From IMG/VR virus record IMGVR_UViG_3300009149_000020, positions 1-64,000 of that record: a stretch of 64,000 nucleotides of DNA. One strand, given 5' to 3'. The notes under the pieces are model-generated. The model was not told the origin of the DNA, searched no databases, and saw only the letters and a list, made by a program, of their open reading frames with translations. The stretch is from a virus. Position 1 is the first letter of the stretch. Each line of letters begins with the position of its first letter. A program made the position numbers and the translations under genes. Of this stretch, positions 9,593 through 19,111 are shown in pieces.

Positions 9593-10450
9593 ATGGCTTA
9601 TGAAAAAAGTAACAGTCAATTAAGTACTCAGGCAGATGCGCTATCTCGGTTGTTGGGACGAAGTCAACCATGCGTAATGGAGGTAAATCACCTTCTAACA
9701 TCTAGTGAACAAAAATGGATACCTACAGCTTTATTATTTAAGACTATGTTCGATTCTGGTCTTAGTATAAATGAAGCGTTACTTAATGACATGAAAGCAG
9801 GCTGTACACTGGAACGTATGCTATATGCGTTAGCTACTAGTGATCCTATTTGTAAAAAAGACAAATCATTAAAAGTTAAATTCTGTTATCATTTGTCTAT
9901 TGATTTTGTTGATCCCGACGTTTTAAAAACTAAGAGTGTGGTAATTGAAAGGTTAGCCTTAAGAAGAAAACCTGGACTAAGAGATCAAGTTTCAATTTAT
10001 GCTTTAAGCGATGATCGTAGAAGGGCTTATTACAATGAGAAGGGCTGGGCTGAAGCTAAAATGGACCCTAACTACTCGTTTAGAAGATTGTACTATGACT
10101 CTGTAAAATGGAAGGATTACGATTGGTACTGTGATAGAGAAATGGATTTGATAAAAGAAGGCATAACGTTGTGCCCTTCTTTTGTAAATACGGAAGGTTT
10201 GCAAAGGTTTGCGCTTAAGTTAACTACTAATAAAACAGGCATGGAGAAACTATTTTATACACTTTATTGGGCTACCAAGCATTCTCAGGCACGTTGGCAA
10301 GAAATCAAACCGCAGTTTATCAAGTTTTTCTCATTGTTGTCCCCTGCGCAAAATACTGCAATAATGTTCAGTACAAAAAAAGAATACATAAGAGAGTTCT
10401 TTAAGGAAGTGCTTGTTAAGCAAGAAATGTCAGAAGGAGGCTTGAAATGA
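9593..10450 (+). CDS. RxxYY/WxD repeat protein with shared C-terminal motif (paralog of 10771)
   Basis: ERMLYALAT, VKFCY, RRLYYDSVKWKDYDWYCD; SPAQNTAIMFSTKKEYIREFF. Confidence 0.8.
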   Translation: MAYEKSNSQLSTQADALSRLLGRSQPCVMEVNHLLTSSEQKWIPTALLFKTMFDSGLSINEALLNDMKAGCTLERMLYALATSDPICKKDKSLKVKFCYHLSIDFVDPDVLKTKSVVIERLALRRKPGLRDQVSIYALSDDRRRAYYNEKGWAEAKMDPNYSFRRLYYDSVKWKDYDWYCDREMDLIKEGITLCPSFVNTEGLQRFALKLTTNKTGMEKLFYTLYWATKHSQARWQEIKPQFIKFFSLLSPAQNTAIMFSTKKEYIREFFKEVLVKQEMSEGGLK

Positions 10451-10626
10451 TTTATCGTGTCAAATATTGGCGGCAGGTTAATCCTGAGTTCGGCGAGTGG
10501 GTACATACTGGTTTGATGAAAAAAGAGCATGCAGAACAGTTGGCAGAGGATCTGTGTAACCGGCATGAGAAAGTCGAAGTTATTATTGATGAATCAGAAA
10601 AGTACAAGAATGTTAAACAACGTTAA
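10447..10626 (+). CDS. small hypothetical protein (59 aa, not in ORF track)
   Basis: AAGGAGG RBS, ATGA overlap; MIYRVKYWRQ... Confidence 0.6.
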   Translation: MIYRVKYWRQVNPEFGEWVHTGLMKKEHAEQLAEDLCNRHEKVEVIIDESEKYKNVKQR

Positions 10627-10638
10627 AAGGAGGAAAGA

Positions 10639-10758
10639 ATGACACAAGAAATAATTACCTGGGCTGTGGTTGTTAATAACTCGTTTGAGTATCTTTTAAT
10701 TTTTGGAGTCATAGCATGTTTTTTCATATTTATTTATAAGATGGCGAGCATCAAGTAA
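10639..10758 (+). CDS. small membrane peptide (39 aa, not in ORF track)
   Basis: AAGGAGG RBS; YLLIFGVIACFFIFIY hydrophobic stretch. Confidence 0.55.
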   Translation: MTQEIITWAVVVNNSFEYLLIFGVIACFFIFIYKMASIK

Positions 10759-10770
10759 AGGAGGAAAGGT

Positions 10771-11673
10771 ATGAGTGCTTTCATAGTTGACCCTAATAAA
10801 AGTCCTATTGAGAATAAAGCGTTAGAGCTTGAAGGTTATTCTTCGGGAGCAGGCAATAGTTCTGCATTGACTTGTATAAATAATACCTTCAGCAATTCCT
10901 GGGCTCCTTTAGCCTTTTTTCTTAAATCCTTAGTGGACTGTGGCCTCACTATGCCTCCAGATATAGTTGCTACTTTGAAGACTTCTTCCCTTGAACTTGA
11001 AAGGATGCTTTATGTTTTATTGACTAAAGACATTGATATGAAGAAAGATCCTAAACTTTCTGTAAAGTTTTGTTATTACCTTTCTGGTGACTTTGAAGAT
11101 ATTGATGTATTAAAGGTACCTAGTATCCCTTTTCAAAGTGCTGTCCTTCAAGCAAAACCTGATATCTTATCAGGCATTCCTGTTGAACGTTGGTCTCAGG
11201 AAGAAAGACAGAAACACTATAACGCTAAAGGTTGGTCTTTAGCAAAGAATGATTCATTCTTTAAATTTCGAATTAATTACTATAGAGAGGACAGGTGGCA
11301 AGATTTTGATTGGTATGAAGACAAAGAAATGAATGTAGTTGTTCAAGGTATTATTAATTGTAAAGATTTTCAAAAGACTGAAGGCCTGACGAAGTTTGCT
11401 ACCAAACTTGCTACTAATAAAACAGGTATTACAAAACTGTTTAAAAAGCATAGATATAGACATCGTAGATGGGAAAACGGTAAATATGTTTGGAAGGAGG
11501 GCTGGTCGGATTATTGGGAACCACATAGACCCCATTACATTAAATTTTTCTCAATGTTTTCTACAGCACAGATAACTGCTCTAATGTTTCAATGTGATAA
11601 GGATTACGCAAGAGAATTCTTTGCAGATCTTTTAGTTTTAAGGAATCAGTCAGAAGGAGAAGCTAATGGTTAA
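10771..11673 (+). CDS. RxxYY/WxD repeat protein with shared C-terminal motif (paralog of 9593)
   Basis: ERMLYVLLT, RINYYREDRWQDFDWYED; STAQITALMFQCDKDYAREFF. Confidence 0.8.
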   Translation: MSAFIVDPNKSPIENKALELEGYSSGAGNSSALTCINNTFSNSWAPLAFFLKSLVDCGLTMPPDIVATLKTSSLELERMLYVLLTKDIDMKKDPKLSVKFCYYLSGDFEDIDVLKVPSIPFQSAVLQAKPDILSGIPVERWSQEERQKHYNAKGWSLAKNDSFFKFRINYYREDRWQDFDWYEDKEMNVVVQGIINCKDFQKTEGLTKFATKLATNKTGITKLFKKHRYRHRRWENGKYVWKEGWSDYWEPHRPHYIKFFSMFSTAQITALMFQCDKDYAREFFADLLVLRNQSEGEANG

Positions 11674-11986
11674 AATCTTAGATAAACCGCCTACTAAGTG
11701 GGGAAAGGGTTTTAAAGAAATAATGGAAAAGTACGAAAAAGATCCAGGTTTTACAATAGAGTGTTATAGGAATGACATATGTGAAGAGTTACTCGCTACT
11801 TTAGAGATTGAACAGATACCTGTAGAAAGTCTTCATGAAAAGCTAAATGTATCAAAGACAACAGTTACTCGTTTTCTAAGAGGAACTCTTTCTTTTGAAG
11901 CGCACTTTGAGTTTGCAGCAAAAGCTTTTTGTTATTTAGGATATAGAACTTCATTAGAGATTACTATGTATAGACGTGACGAGTAG
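11666..11986 (+). CDS. XRE-family HTH protein (HigA-antitoxin-like)
   Basis: SLHEKLNVSKTTVTRFLRG helix-turn-helix. Confidence 0.6.
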   Translation: MVKILDKPPTKWGKGFKEIMEKYEKDPGFTIECYRNDICEELLATLEIEQIPVESLHEKLNVSKTTVTRFLRGTLSFEAHFEFAAKAFCYLGYRTSLEITMYRRDE

Positions 11987-11995
11987 GAGGTTTAA

Positions 11996-13030
11996 ATGAG
12001 TTCAAGTATAATTAATAAAACTTTTAAAAAGCTACAACGATTATTGTCCTCTGACGAACAAGGTTGTAACTTTCCTGATCGTACGATACCTACTAATGTT
12101 GAACGAAAATGTTTTACTACACTAATGATGGCGTTAAAAGAAATGGGTATACTAAAAATGCCTGCAGAAGGTGATGAGCACTATGAAGCTTTCAAGGATA
12201 TGAAAGAGTCTTCTGTGGTCGAAAAGCTTATATACACTATTATAACCGAAGACCCTGACATGGCGCTTGTTACTAATCCTGACATTAGATACGTATATTA
12301 CATGGCTAAAGGTTTTCCAGAAGAATGCTTAAAGGATAAGGCATCTGCAATAAAGGAGAGTGCTATAAGAGCGCATCCTAAATATATGAATAATGTAAAA
12401 GTATTTTATTCGTTAACTCCTACAGTACGAAGGGAGCATTACATTAAAAATGGTTGGGCCTTAGCAAAGAATGATCCATTCAATGAACATAGAATTGGTT
12501 ATTATAAAAGTGTTAACTGGAAAGATAACGACTGGTATGCTGATAAAGATATTATGGTGATTCTTAATGGAATCCATCATAGCGATACATTTGTTAAAAT
12601 AGATAACATAACTAAAATAATTAAAAAACTTGCAGAAACTAAAACGGGGATTCCTACGTTAATTGCAGGATACCGTTGTGATTTTTCATATTTAAACAAT
12701 CGTTTGGAGAATGGTGCTATTTATCTTCAGAGACCTGACAAGTTTTTTGAAAGTATTTCCGGAGCGCTTCGTACCTCTTATCGTGACGACTATGTTTATT
12801 TAGAACAGGAGTATCACAGTCAAGCAAAGGACAGGTATTTTGATAAAGTTGCTACGTTTCTTTCACAAGCAGATGAAACTTTATTATCAGTACTACTATT
12901 GCAATCAAAGGTAGCAGAGTTTAGACAAATTATTAAGATTGCTCTTGATAAAAAACAAGGCATTGAGCCTGAGCCTGCAAAAGTGCGTGATCCTAAAGGG
13001 AAGCTTAAAAGAAAATTAAATTTTACATAA
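11996..13030 (+). CDS. RxxYY/WxD repeat protein with shared C-terminal motif
   Basis: GWALAKND, RIGYYKSVNWKDNDWYAD; DETLLSVLLLQSKVAEFRQII. Confidence 0.8.
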   Translation: MSSSIINKTFKKLQRLLSSDEQGCNFPDRTIPTNVERKCFTTLMMALKEMGILKMPAEGDEHYEAFKDMKESSVVEKLIYTIITEDPDMALVTNPDIRYVYYMAKGFPEECLKDKASAIKESAIRAHPKYMNNVKVFYSLTPTVRREHYIKNGWALAKNDPFNEHRIGYYKSVNWKDNDWYADKDIMVILNGIHHSDTFVKIDNITKIIKKLAETKTGIPTLIAGYRCDFSYLNNRLENGAIYLQRPDKFFESISGALRTSYRDDYVYLEQEYHSQAKDRYFDKVATFLSQADETLLSVLLLQSKVAEFRQIIKIALDKKQGIEPEPAKVRDPKGKLKRKLNFT

Positions 13031-13041
13031 GGAGGTTTATT

Positions 13042-13563
13042 ATGGTAAGCAAGAGAAGAGCATTACTCCCTAAGCAGCTAAAAAGAATCATTCCTGTAGA
13101 GTGGAAAGATGCTCGAGACTCTAGACTTGTAATCGCTTATTATCTAAGCACATCTTGGAAAGATTTTGTTTTCCATGAATCAGGATGTGTTCCCGTTCTT
13201 CTTGCATATTTTCGTTCGACTTCGTGGACAGATTTTAGATGGTATACTTGTAATATGCCTAGTGTTATACATGCAGGTTTTATGGAGTGTCAGACTTTTC
13301 TTATAAATGATGCCTTCTTCAAAGCGTTTGAATACTTCCTTGCAACTAGTAGTCTAATACTGTCACAACAAGGAGTCAAGCCACCTCTCGGTTATAATAC
13401 AGCGACTACAGGAGATCCTTATCCAAAGGATGTATTTAAAAATCTTTTTATGTCTTTTGATAGTGTAGTATTAGCTGAATTGTTATTCCACATAACTATT
13501 AACGAACATATTAAAAAGATTATGGTTGAGTGTATGGATGAAAAAGACAAACTGGAGGATTAA
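13042..13563 (+). CDS. RxxYY/WxD repeat protein with shared C-terminal motif
   Basis: AYYLSTSWKD, AYFRSTSWTDFRWY; DSVVLAELLFHITINEHIKKIM. Confidence 0.75.
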   Translation: MVSKRRALLPKQLKRIIPVEWKDARDSRLVIAYYLSTSWKDFVFHESGCVPVLLAYFRSTSWTDFRWYTCNMPSVIHAGFMECQTFLINDAFFKAFEYFLATSSLILSQQGVKPPLGYNTATTGDPYPKDVFKNLFMSFDSVVLAELLFHITINEHIKKIMVECMDEKDKLED

Positions 13564-14582
13564 TGCGAAGTATACGAGCATACTATGATATTGTTGTAAA
13601 TGCTGCTACGTTAGCAGGAGACACTCTTCAAAAGCCTCCTGACTCTTTTAAAACTTCTCGTAAGACTATAGAAAGATGTTTTTATGCAATTACATCTAAG
13701 GATGACGCTATGAGTGTCGACCCTAACCCTAATGTAAGAGCTTGTTATTATCATTCAATAGGTTGGTCAGATGGTGCAGCAGTAGGTGACTCAGCGGCTT
13801 ATATTAGAGAGCATTACTTAAAAAGTAGTGATAAGTGGCCTACAAAGATAGGAGACAAAGCAAGTCCTGTTGCTAAAGATAGGAGACGTTACTACTCTTG
13901 TAAGGGTTGGAAAGACGAGGATGCCAAGAAAGACGAAGATCCTGCAACAAGAAAGGCACATTATTCTGCAGGAAGGTGGCAAGACGCAGACGCGAAGAAA
14001 GATAAAGACAGTGGTGTAAGAAGATGCTACTATCAAGAGCATCATTGGAAAGATGAAGATGCTGGCAGGGATAAGGATGCTGGTATAAGAGAGGACTACT
14101 ATGCTAAAAATCCTCAAGACGTTAATGTAATACAATTTGGTAATGTCGAGCAGCGACGTAAATACTATAGGCATGTGGGTTACGCAACAGCAAAAGGAAA
14201 GACGTCTAAAAATGATTCTAATGCTGTTATTCGCTTACAATATTATAACAGTAGTGACTGGAGTGATACTGATTGGATAAAGGATACTAGTTTAACAGTA
14301 GTGCATACTGGTTTTAGAATAGCACCATCTTTTTTTATTACTGATGATTTTACGGAGAAACTCTTAACATTTCTAGAGTCTACGGACGGTGGTATTCGTG
14401 TATGCATTAATCATATGTTATTATTATCTCTTTTGCCTAGTAGTCTGCTTTCAGCGTTACTTTTAAAAAAAGGGTTGCCTGTTAGTGTGAAGGCAATAAT
14501 CAACTATGTTTTGATAATAAAAGTTAATCAGGAGAGTGAAGATGGACTTAGAGGTAAAACCGTCAATTTTCCTTTTAAGTGA
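13563..14582 (+). CDS. 23-aa RxxYY/WxD repeat protein with shared C-terminal motif
   Basis: Three consecutive repeats with an exact 23-aa period (RRRYYSCKGWKDEDAKKDEDPAT...); LPSSLLSALLLKKGL. Confidence 0.82.
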   Translation: MRSIRAYYDIVVNAATLAGDTLQKPPDSFKTSRKTIERCFYAITSKDDAMSVDPNPNVRACYYHSIGWSDGAAVGDSAAYIREHYLKSSDKWPTKIGDKASPVAKDRRRYYSCKGWKDEDAKKDEDPATRKAHYSAGRWQDADAKKDKDSGVRRCYYQEHHWKDEDAGRDKDAGIREDYYAKNPQDVNVIQFGNVEQRRKYYRHVGYATAKGKTSKNDSNAVIRLQYYNSSDWSDTDWIKDTSLTVVHTGFRIAPSFFITDDFTEKLLTFLESTDGGIRVCINHMLLLSLLPSSLLSALLLKKGLPVSVKAIINYVLIIKVNQESEDGLRGKTVNFPFK

Positions 14583-15141
14583 TACACACTTCTTTCATTG
14601 GCAAATTACATCGAAAACGAATAGACCTGGAAATTGGATGAGACTACTATATGATAATTGGAATGATACCGTCTCAGACAATAATGTTGTATTGCATCTA
14701 GGCGATTTCGCTTTCATCCGAGACTTATACCAGTGTGATCGTTTAAAGGGTCTTAGAGGGCAGATTTTCATAGTAAAAGGAAATCATGATAGAAATTCTA
14801 TTAAATGGTTTAAAGAAAACTTAAATGTAACTGTATTAACTGAACCGATGGGTAAAAAGATTAGGCGAATAGTTTCGTTGTTTTATGAGCATGAAGGAAT
14901 ACGTTTTGTATTCAGTCATAAACCTTTAACAGCTAGGAGATGTGAAGGTTACAGGAAAAGTGGTTATGAGCTTGATACAACAATGTTTGATGTTAACATT
15001 CATGGACACATGCACAATAAAGTACCTTTAATCTGGAAGTCAGAAGATTCTGATAATGTGTTTGTGAATATTTCAGTTGAAAATCTAAACTACATGCCTA
15101 TCACATTACAGACTGTGCTAGACAAAGTGAAAGGAGGTTAA
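14542..15141 (+). CDS. calcineurin-like metallophosphoesterase
   Basis: SDTHF, LGDF, GNHD, SHxP, HGHMH motifs. Confidence 0.9.
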   Translation: MDLEVKPSIFLLSDTHFFHWQITSKTNRPGNWMRLLYDNWNDTVSDNNVVLHLGDFAFIRDLYQCDRLKGLRGQIFIVKGNHDRNSIKWFKENLNVTVLTEPMGKKIRRIVSLFYEHEGIRFVFSHKPLTARRCEGYRKSGYELDTTMFDVNIHGHMHNKVPLIWKSEDSDNVFVNISVENLNYMPITLQTVLDKVKGG

Positions 15142-15927
15142 ATGACAGAAGGAAAAATCGTCACGGTCTTCAAAACAGAAAAAGAGTACAAACATTCCTT
15201 AACAAATACGTTCACTAATGAGGCTAATGCTGCAAAACAACTTGTTAAAATGCTCGAATTTGTCAAAGAATTTATAAAGCAGAAGGGCTACTGGCTTAGA
15301 TACCGTCGCGACCGCGACGTTACAACTTTCTCAGATTTTTTAGCTCTCAAACAAGCAACTGAATGGTGGGAAAGAGAAGACTACTATTCAGCTGTGCGTT
15401 GGCAAGATCTAGATTGTTTTACTGATAGTAGTGAGCATCTACGATATCGTGCTTTTAGACATCATTGTAGATTTGATTTAATGAAAGTAGACCAGGCTTA
15501 TACAATCAGAAAACACTACTATACGCAAACAAACTGGTTGGACAAGGATGCTATAAACGATGCTAGTGTTTACGTTATTAGATACGATTACTACAAACAC
15601 CATTCCTGGACAGATTTTTCGTGGTATGATGATCCTAATGAATATATTATTTGTGCGGGGTTTAAAGAGTGTACAACTTTTTTAATCAATGAACGCTTTT
15701 TTAATATGTTAGGAAGATATGTTATGTGTAAACGTACTGCTTCGCACAAGATTCAGCAACTACTACCACACATACCAGCGGAAGTGATAAAACTTCTTCT
15801 TTTCAAACAGATTCAAACTAAAGCTGTTAGAAATATCTTAGAACAGAGTTTAAAAACAAGAGCCAAGGAGGAAACAAATGGAAACCAAGAACGAAAAACA
15901 AAGACTAACTTTGCTGGATCGAATTAA
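15142..15927 (+). CDS. RxxYY/WxD repeat protein with shared C-terminal motif
   Basis: REDYYSAVRWQD, RKHYYTQTNWLD, RYDYYKHHSWTDFSWYDD; IPAEVIKLLLFKQ. Confidence 0.8.
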   Translation: MTEGKIVTVFKTEKEYKHSLTNTFTNEANAAKQLVKMLEFVKEFIKQKGYWLRYRRDRDVTTFSDFLALKQATEWWEREDYYSAVRWQDLDCFTDSSEHLRYRAFRHHCRFDLMKVDQAYTIRKHYYTQTNWLDKDAINDASVYVIRYDYYKHHSWTDFSWYDDPNEYIICAGFKECTTFLINERFFNMLGRYVMCKRTASHKIQQLLPHIPAEVIKLLLFKQIQTKAVRNILEQSLKTRAKEETNGNQERKTKTNFAGSN

Positions 15928-16780
15928 GCAAAGGAAAACACTATCGGGATTTGAACAAGGCATTGAAGCTTTTTATTTGATAAAAGCTTTCCCTGCTAAC
16001 GAAGAAGAGATACTGGAGACTCTCTGTCCTTATACAGATGCTAACTCTCTTCTCAGTTTTTCCATTATGTCAGGAAGATGTACGAAAGTTATCCCTATTG
16101 ACAAAAATCAGTCATCCCCTGAGTTTATAGAAAGAGTGAACTTTCTTTTAAATTGTAGGAGACTAAAGCATGGACAGAGCTTATTGGAAACTTCTGAAAC
16201 AAAAAGCACAACTGAAGCAGAAGGAGAGACAGAAGAAGCAGGCAAGCTATTTCATAGAGAGCTTGAAACACTGCGTCGCATTTATAATAATACTGTTCCT
16301 GATTCTGGAGCTTGTAGTTCAAGCCAGTTGATTCAGTTCCTTGAAGAGAATTATGATAAAGAGATGTTGAAAGCTTTGAGGACGGAGAAAGCGCTTAGTC
16401 CGTTACTCAAGTTTTACATTGCTGCTAAAACAGAAATGGAATTGAAGGCTATAACAACTGATCTTGAAAAGTGTGCAATTGAGGAACTAACAGAAGAAAT
16501 CAAAATGGAAGCGCATAGCTCTGACTACTTAGCGTGGCTTGTTCTTCTGTTTGATAAAATTGTTCCTGCACATGAAAAGTACTTGAATTCAGAGAACCGA
16601 TTATTTGTTGCAGCAGCTCATGTACGAATGGGTACAATTGAGACTGGGATTAAGACTGCAATTGAAACTGAAGACGACAATTTAAGAAAGGATTTGAAAC
16701 GTTGCAAACGTGTGATGGGAAGGATTACTCGCTATGTAGAACATCTTGAGGAGAAGCAAAAGGAGGAAGCTAATGGATAA
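15878..16780 (+). CDS. hypothetical protein (paralog of 16773)
   Basis: KTLSGFEQGIEAFYLIKAFP. Confidence 0.75.
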   Translation: METKNEKQRLTLLDRIKQRKTLSGFEQGIEAFYLIKAFPANEEEILETLCPYTDANSLLSFSIMSGRCTKVIPIDKNQSSPEFIERVNFLLNCRRLKHGQSLLETSETKSTTEAEGETEEAGKLFHRELETLRRIYNNTVPDSGACSSSQLIQFLEENYDKEMLKALRTEKALSPLLKFYIAAKTEMELKAITTDLEKCAIEELTEEIKMEAHSSDYLAWLVLLFDKIVPAHEKYLNSENRLFVAAAHVRMGTIETGIKTAIETEDDNLRKDLKRCKRVMGRITRYVEHLEEKQKEEANG

Positions 16781-17750
16781 GTTGAAAGAGAATTATACGT
16801 TATTTCGTTACCTTGACGGTAAAAGGACACTGGCTGCTTTTGAAAAAGGGTGTGAGGCTTTTTATTTGAGCCAACATTTTCCGGAATACGAGGACGACAT
16901 TGTTGAATACTTTGCAGAAAAACTAAACACTGCTCCAAGCTGTTTACAGTTTGCTGTCATAGCTGCAAGGTTTTCAAAATTGATTCCAGGATCGCATTCA
17001 TCTACTGTTCCGCTAAGTATGATTCGTTGTATAAATTTCTTTTTGTTACTTAGAAGTATTAGAACAGGTAAGGTGTTTGATGTTGCAACAAAAGAAAGAT
17101 TTGTGACATACTTTCCAGGATCGGGTTGTCCTTTGCTAATTTCTCCTACAGATACCTCAGCTGTATTTCAGTTATTGCGTTCTTCCAAAGATGAGTTGCT
17201 TGATATTCTTACAAAAACACAAGCAGCTACTAAAGCTGACCCAAATGCAGAATATTCACATGTTATGAAGGCAATTACAATTCTTGAGATTCTTAAGGAC
17301 ACTAAACTGGAAGATTTGCTGCTTATAAATGATGATACTCACATTCTCATGAAGTACTATCTTCTGACAAAAAGAAAAGCACCACTTAGTGATTTTGTAG
17401 TGCATTCTAAAAAGGACCCTAATGCTACTAATGTTGCAGCTTTCCTTCTTTTGGTATTTGATCAGGTTGATCTTGATTTCTTTGAGTATATAAGTGAGAC
17501 AAACTTATATGATGTAGCTACTGATGGTGCATTAAGGCTTAGTATGTATATCAGATGCGCAAACAAAGCATTGTTTAGCGTAGGCATGATTGCTGAAAAG
17601 AAAGAAGATATAAGAAAGAAGATTGCAGTAACGTTGAGAGTTCAAAAAAGAGTAGATCGTTTTATGAAGAAAGATGGAGAAATTCTTACTCCTGAGGAAG
17701 AAGAAGAGATTGAGAAAGAGGTTGAAAAAGAAATGGCACAGGTAGGTTAA
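16773..17750 (+). CDS. hypothetical protein (paralog of 15878)
   Basis: RTLAAFEKGCEAFYLSQHFP; ATG after AAGGAGG. Confidence 0.75.
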   Translation: MDKLKENYTLFRYLDGKRTLAAFEKGCEAFYLSQHFPEYEDDIVEYFAEKLNTAPSCLQFAVIAARFSKLIPGSHSSTVPLSMIRCINFFLLLRSIRTGKVFDVATKERFVTYFPGSGCPLLISPTDTSAVFQLLRSSKDELLDILTKTQAATKADPNAEYSHVMKAITILEILKDTKLEDLLLINDDTHILMKYYLLTKRKAPLSDFVVHSKKDPNATNVAAFLLLVFDQVDLDFFEYISETNLYDVATDGALRLSMYIRCANKALFSVGMIAEKKEDIRKKIAVTLRVQKRVDRFMKKDGEILTPEEEEEIEKEVEKEMAQVG

Positions 17751-17752
17751 TA

Positions 17753-17926
17753 ATGACAACTTGCAAAAAATGTGGAACAAGATGTCTAGGAAATGAACAA
17801 CCGGAGGACTGCAATAATTGCAATGAAGTAATTTCAAGTCTTATTAGTTACGTTGCAAGTCATCCAGTGCCAGAACACGATGAGTGGGACTTTATACCAA
17901 CAAGGACAGGTTACCGAGTAAAATAG
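17753..17926 (+). CDS. small CxxC...CxxC zinc-finger protein (57 aa, not in ORF track)
   Basis: MTTCKKCGTRC...DCNNC; fills the gap before the terminator. Confidence 0.55.
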   Translation: MTTCKKCGTRCLGNEQPEDCNNCNEVISSLISYVASHPVPEHDEWDFIPTRTGYRVK

Positions 17927-17931
17927 TGAAG

Positions 17932-17969
17932 AAAGGCGGCTTAGCTTTTAACAGACTAAGCCGCCTTTT
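17932..17969 (+). terminator. intrinsic terminator
   Basis: 13-bp perfect stem AAAGGCGGCTTAG / CTAAGCCGCCTTT ending in a T run. Confidence 0.85.
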
Positions 17970-17999
17970 CAAAAAGAGGTTTTTAGTTAGGAGGATATT

Positions 18000-18440
18000 A
18001 TGAGAAAGAGTGATATTGAAACTTTAATAAGAAGGCAGAAGAAAGACATAACAAAGGAAGAAGTTAGTTTAGTAGCTGAGATGCTCTATGTGATAATGGA
18101 TGAGTATACGTTAGGGTTCAATGCAGATGTCCCCAATGAAGAAGCTATTGCAGCTTTTAAGGACAATGTTAGACTATCCGGTAAGAAGAAGATAGCTGAA
18201 GACTGTCTTAAAGAAATAGAGATTCAGGCTAAAAATGTTTTACAAGACTTTTGTAAAGGTCTTCAGAGGTTAGCTTTTGGAGGACAGAAAAATGAAAAAG
18301 AAGAAAAAACGAAAACCAAATGTCCTAAAGGTAATGCGAAAAAAGGCACGGGAAGAACTACCAGTTCCTCCAGAAAAAGTAATAGAGGACAAAACAAAGT
18401 ACTCCCGAAGAAAAAAGCATCAAAAAAGACTGGAGGATGA
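18000..18440 (+). CDS. hypothetical protein
   Basis: AGGAGG RBS; the last ~50 codons overlap the next ORF in the +1 frame. Confidence 0.65.
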   Translation: MRKSDIETLIRRQKKDITKEEVSLVAEMLYVIMDEYTLGFNADVPNEEAIAAFKDNVRLSGKKKIAEDCLKEIEIQAKNVLQDFCKGLQRLAFGGQKNEKEEKTKTKCPKGNAKKGTGRTTSSSRKSNRGQNKVLPKKKASKKTGG

Positions 18441-18453
18441 TCCTGATGGCTAA
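18292..18453 (+). CDS. small basic protein, ArfA-like ribosome-rescue candidate (53 aa, not in ORF track)
   Basis: GGAGG RBS; MKKKKKRKPNVLKVMRKKAREELPVPPEKVIEDKTKYSRRKKHQKRLEDDPDG; stop overlaps the next gene's start. Confidence 0.65.
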   Translation: MKKKKKRKPNVLKVMRKKAREELPVPPEKVIEDKTKYSRRKKHQKRLEDDPDG

Positions 18454-19111
18454 CTTTAGGGCACGCCCCAAACGAGTTATTGAAGACTTTATAGTTACCA
18501 TGGAGAAAGAAATCACTATCCCTCCATCACCTATTTTAGTGGAGTGGTCAAGTTTAGCAACAAGAAAAGAAGGACTCGCGATAATGAACGGTGCTGCAAT
18601 GCTTAGCCCGGAAACGTCATCCTTTCTCTTAGCTTATACACAAAACTTTACTCGTCTTATGCAGCGTCATGAGTATATAGATACTACCTGGGAATGTAAA
18701 GTTACGAATATGGATCCTGCCTACATTAAAGAACTTGTTATAGCACAGTGTCGCTTTATGCATATTATAGCAATATATTTGCCTTTTACTACCAAAACTA
18801 TGTTAGTATTTAAAGGTATATTGCCTTCGTACATTTGCAATATGTCTTCAGTTGATATATACCCTAAAACAATATACAGGTTTATGGCTGACGTGCTGTT
18901 GTATAGTTTAGCTAGTTACGTGAAAGGACGTTTGTTTACTGTAGACTATACTAAATTAGGTGAAGAGTTATACACTAAAGATAACAAAGATTTTTATAAG
19001 GACGTAGCACACTCTCTTTACAAGTTTGTGCAAAATATGTTTACTCTGCTAGATATAAATGATAAAGAACTCTTGCATGACATCCATTGTAAATTTCAAA
19101 GGAGGGATTGA
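18446..19111 (+). CDS. hypothetical protein
   Basis: ATG after GGAGG; ~220 aa. Confidence 0.7.
   Translation: MANFRARPKRVIEDFIVTMEKEITIPPSPILVEWSSLATRKEGLAIMNGAAMLSPETSSFLLAYTQNFTRLMQRHEYIDTTWECKVTNMDPAYIKELVIAQCRFMHIIAIYLPFTTKTMLVFKGILPSYICNMSSVDIYPKTIYRFMADVLLYSLASYVKGRLFTVDYTKLGEELYTKDNKDFYKDVAHSLYKFVQNMFTLLDINDKELLHDIHCKFQRRD

Noticed and set aside
13880-14100. CRISPR-like or DGR-like repeats in the 69-bp periodic region
   Set aside because: The repeats are degenerate protein-coding units with no constant repeat/unique spacer structure, and no reverse transcriptase or TR/VR pair was seen.
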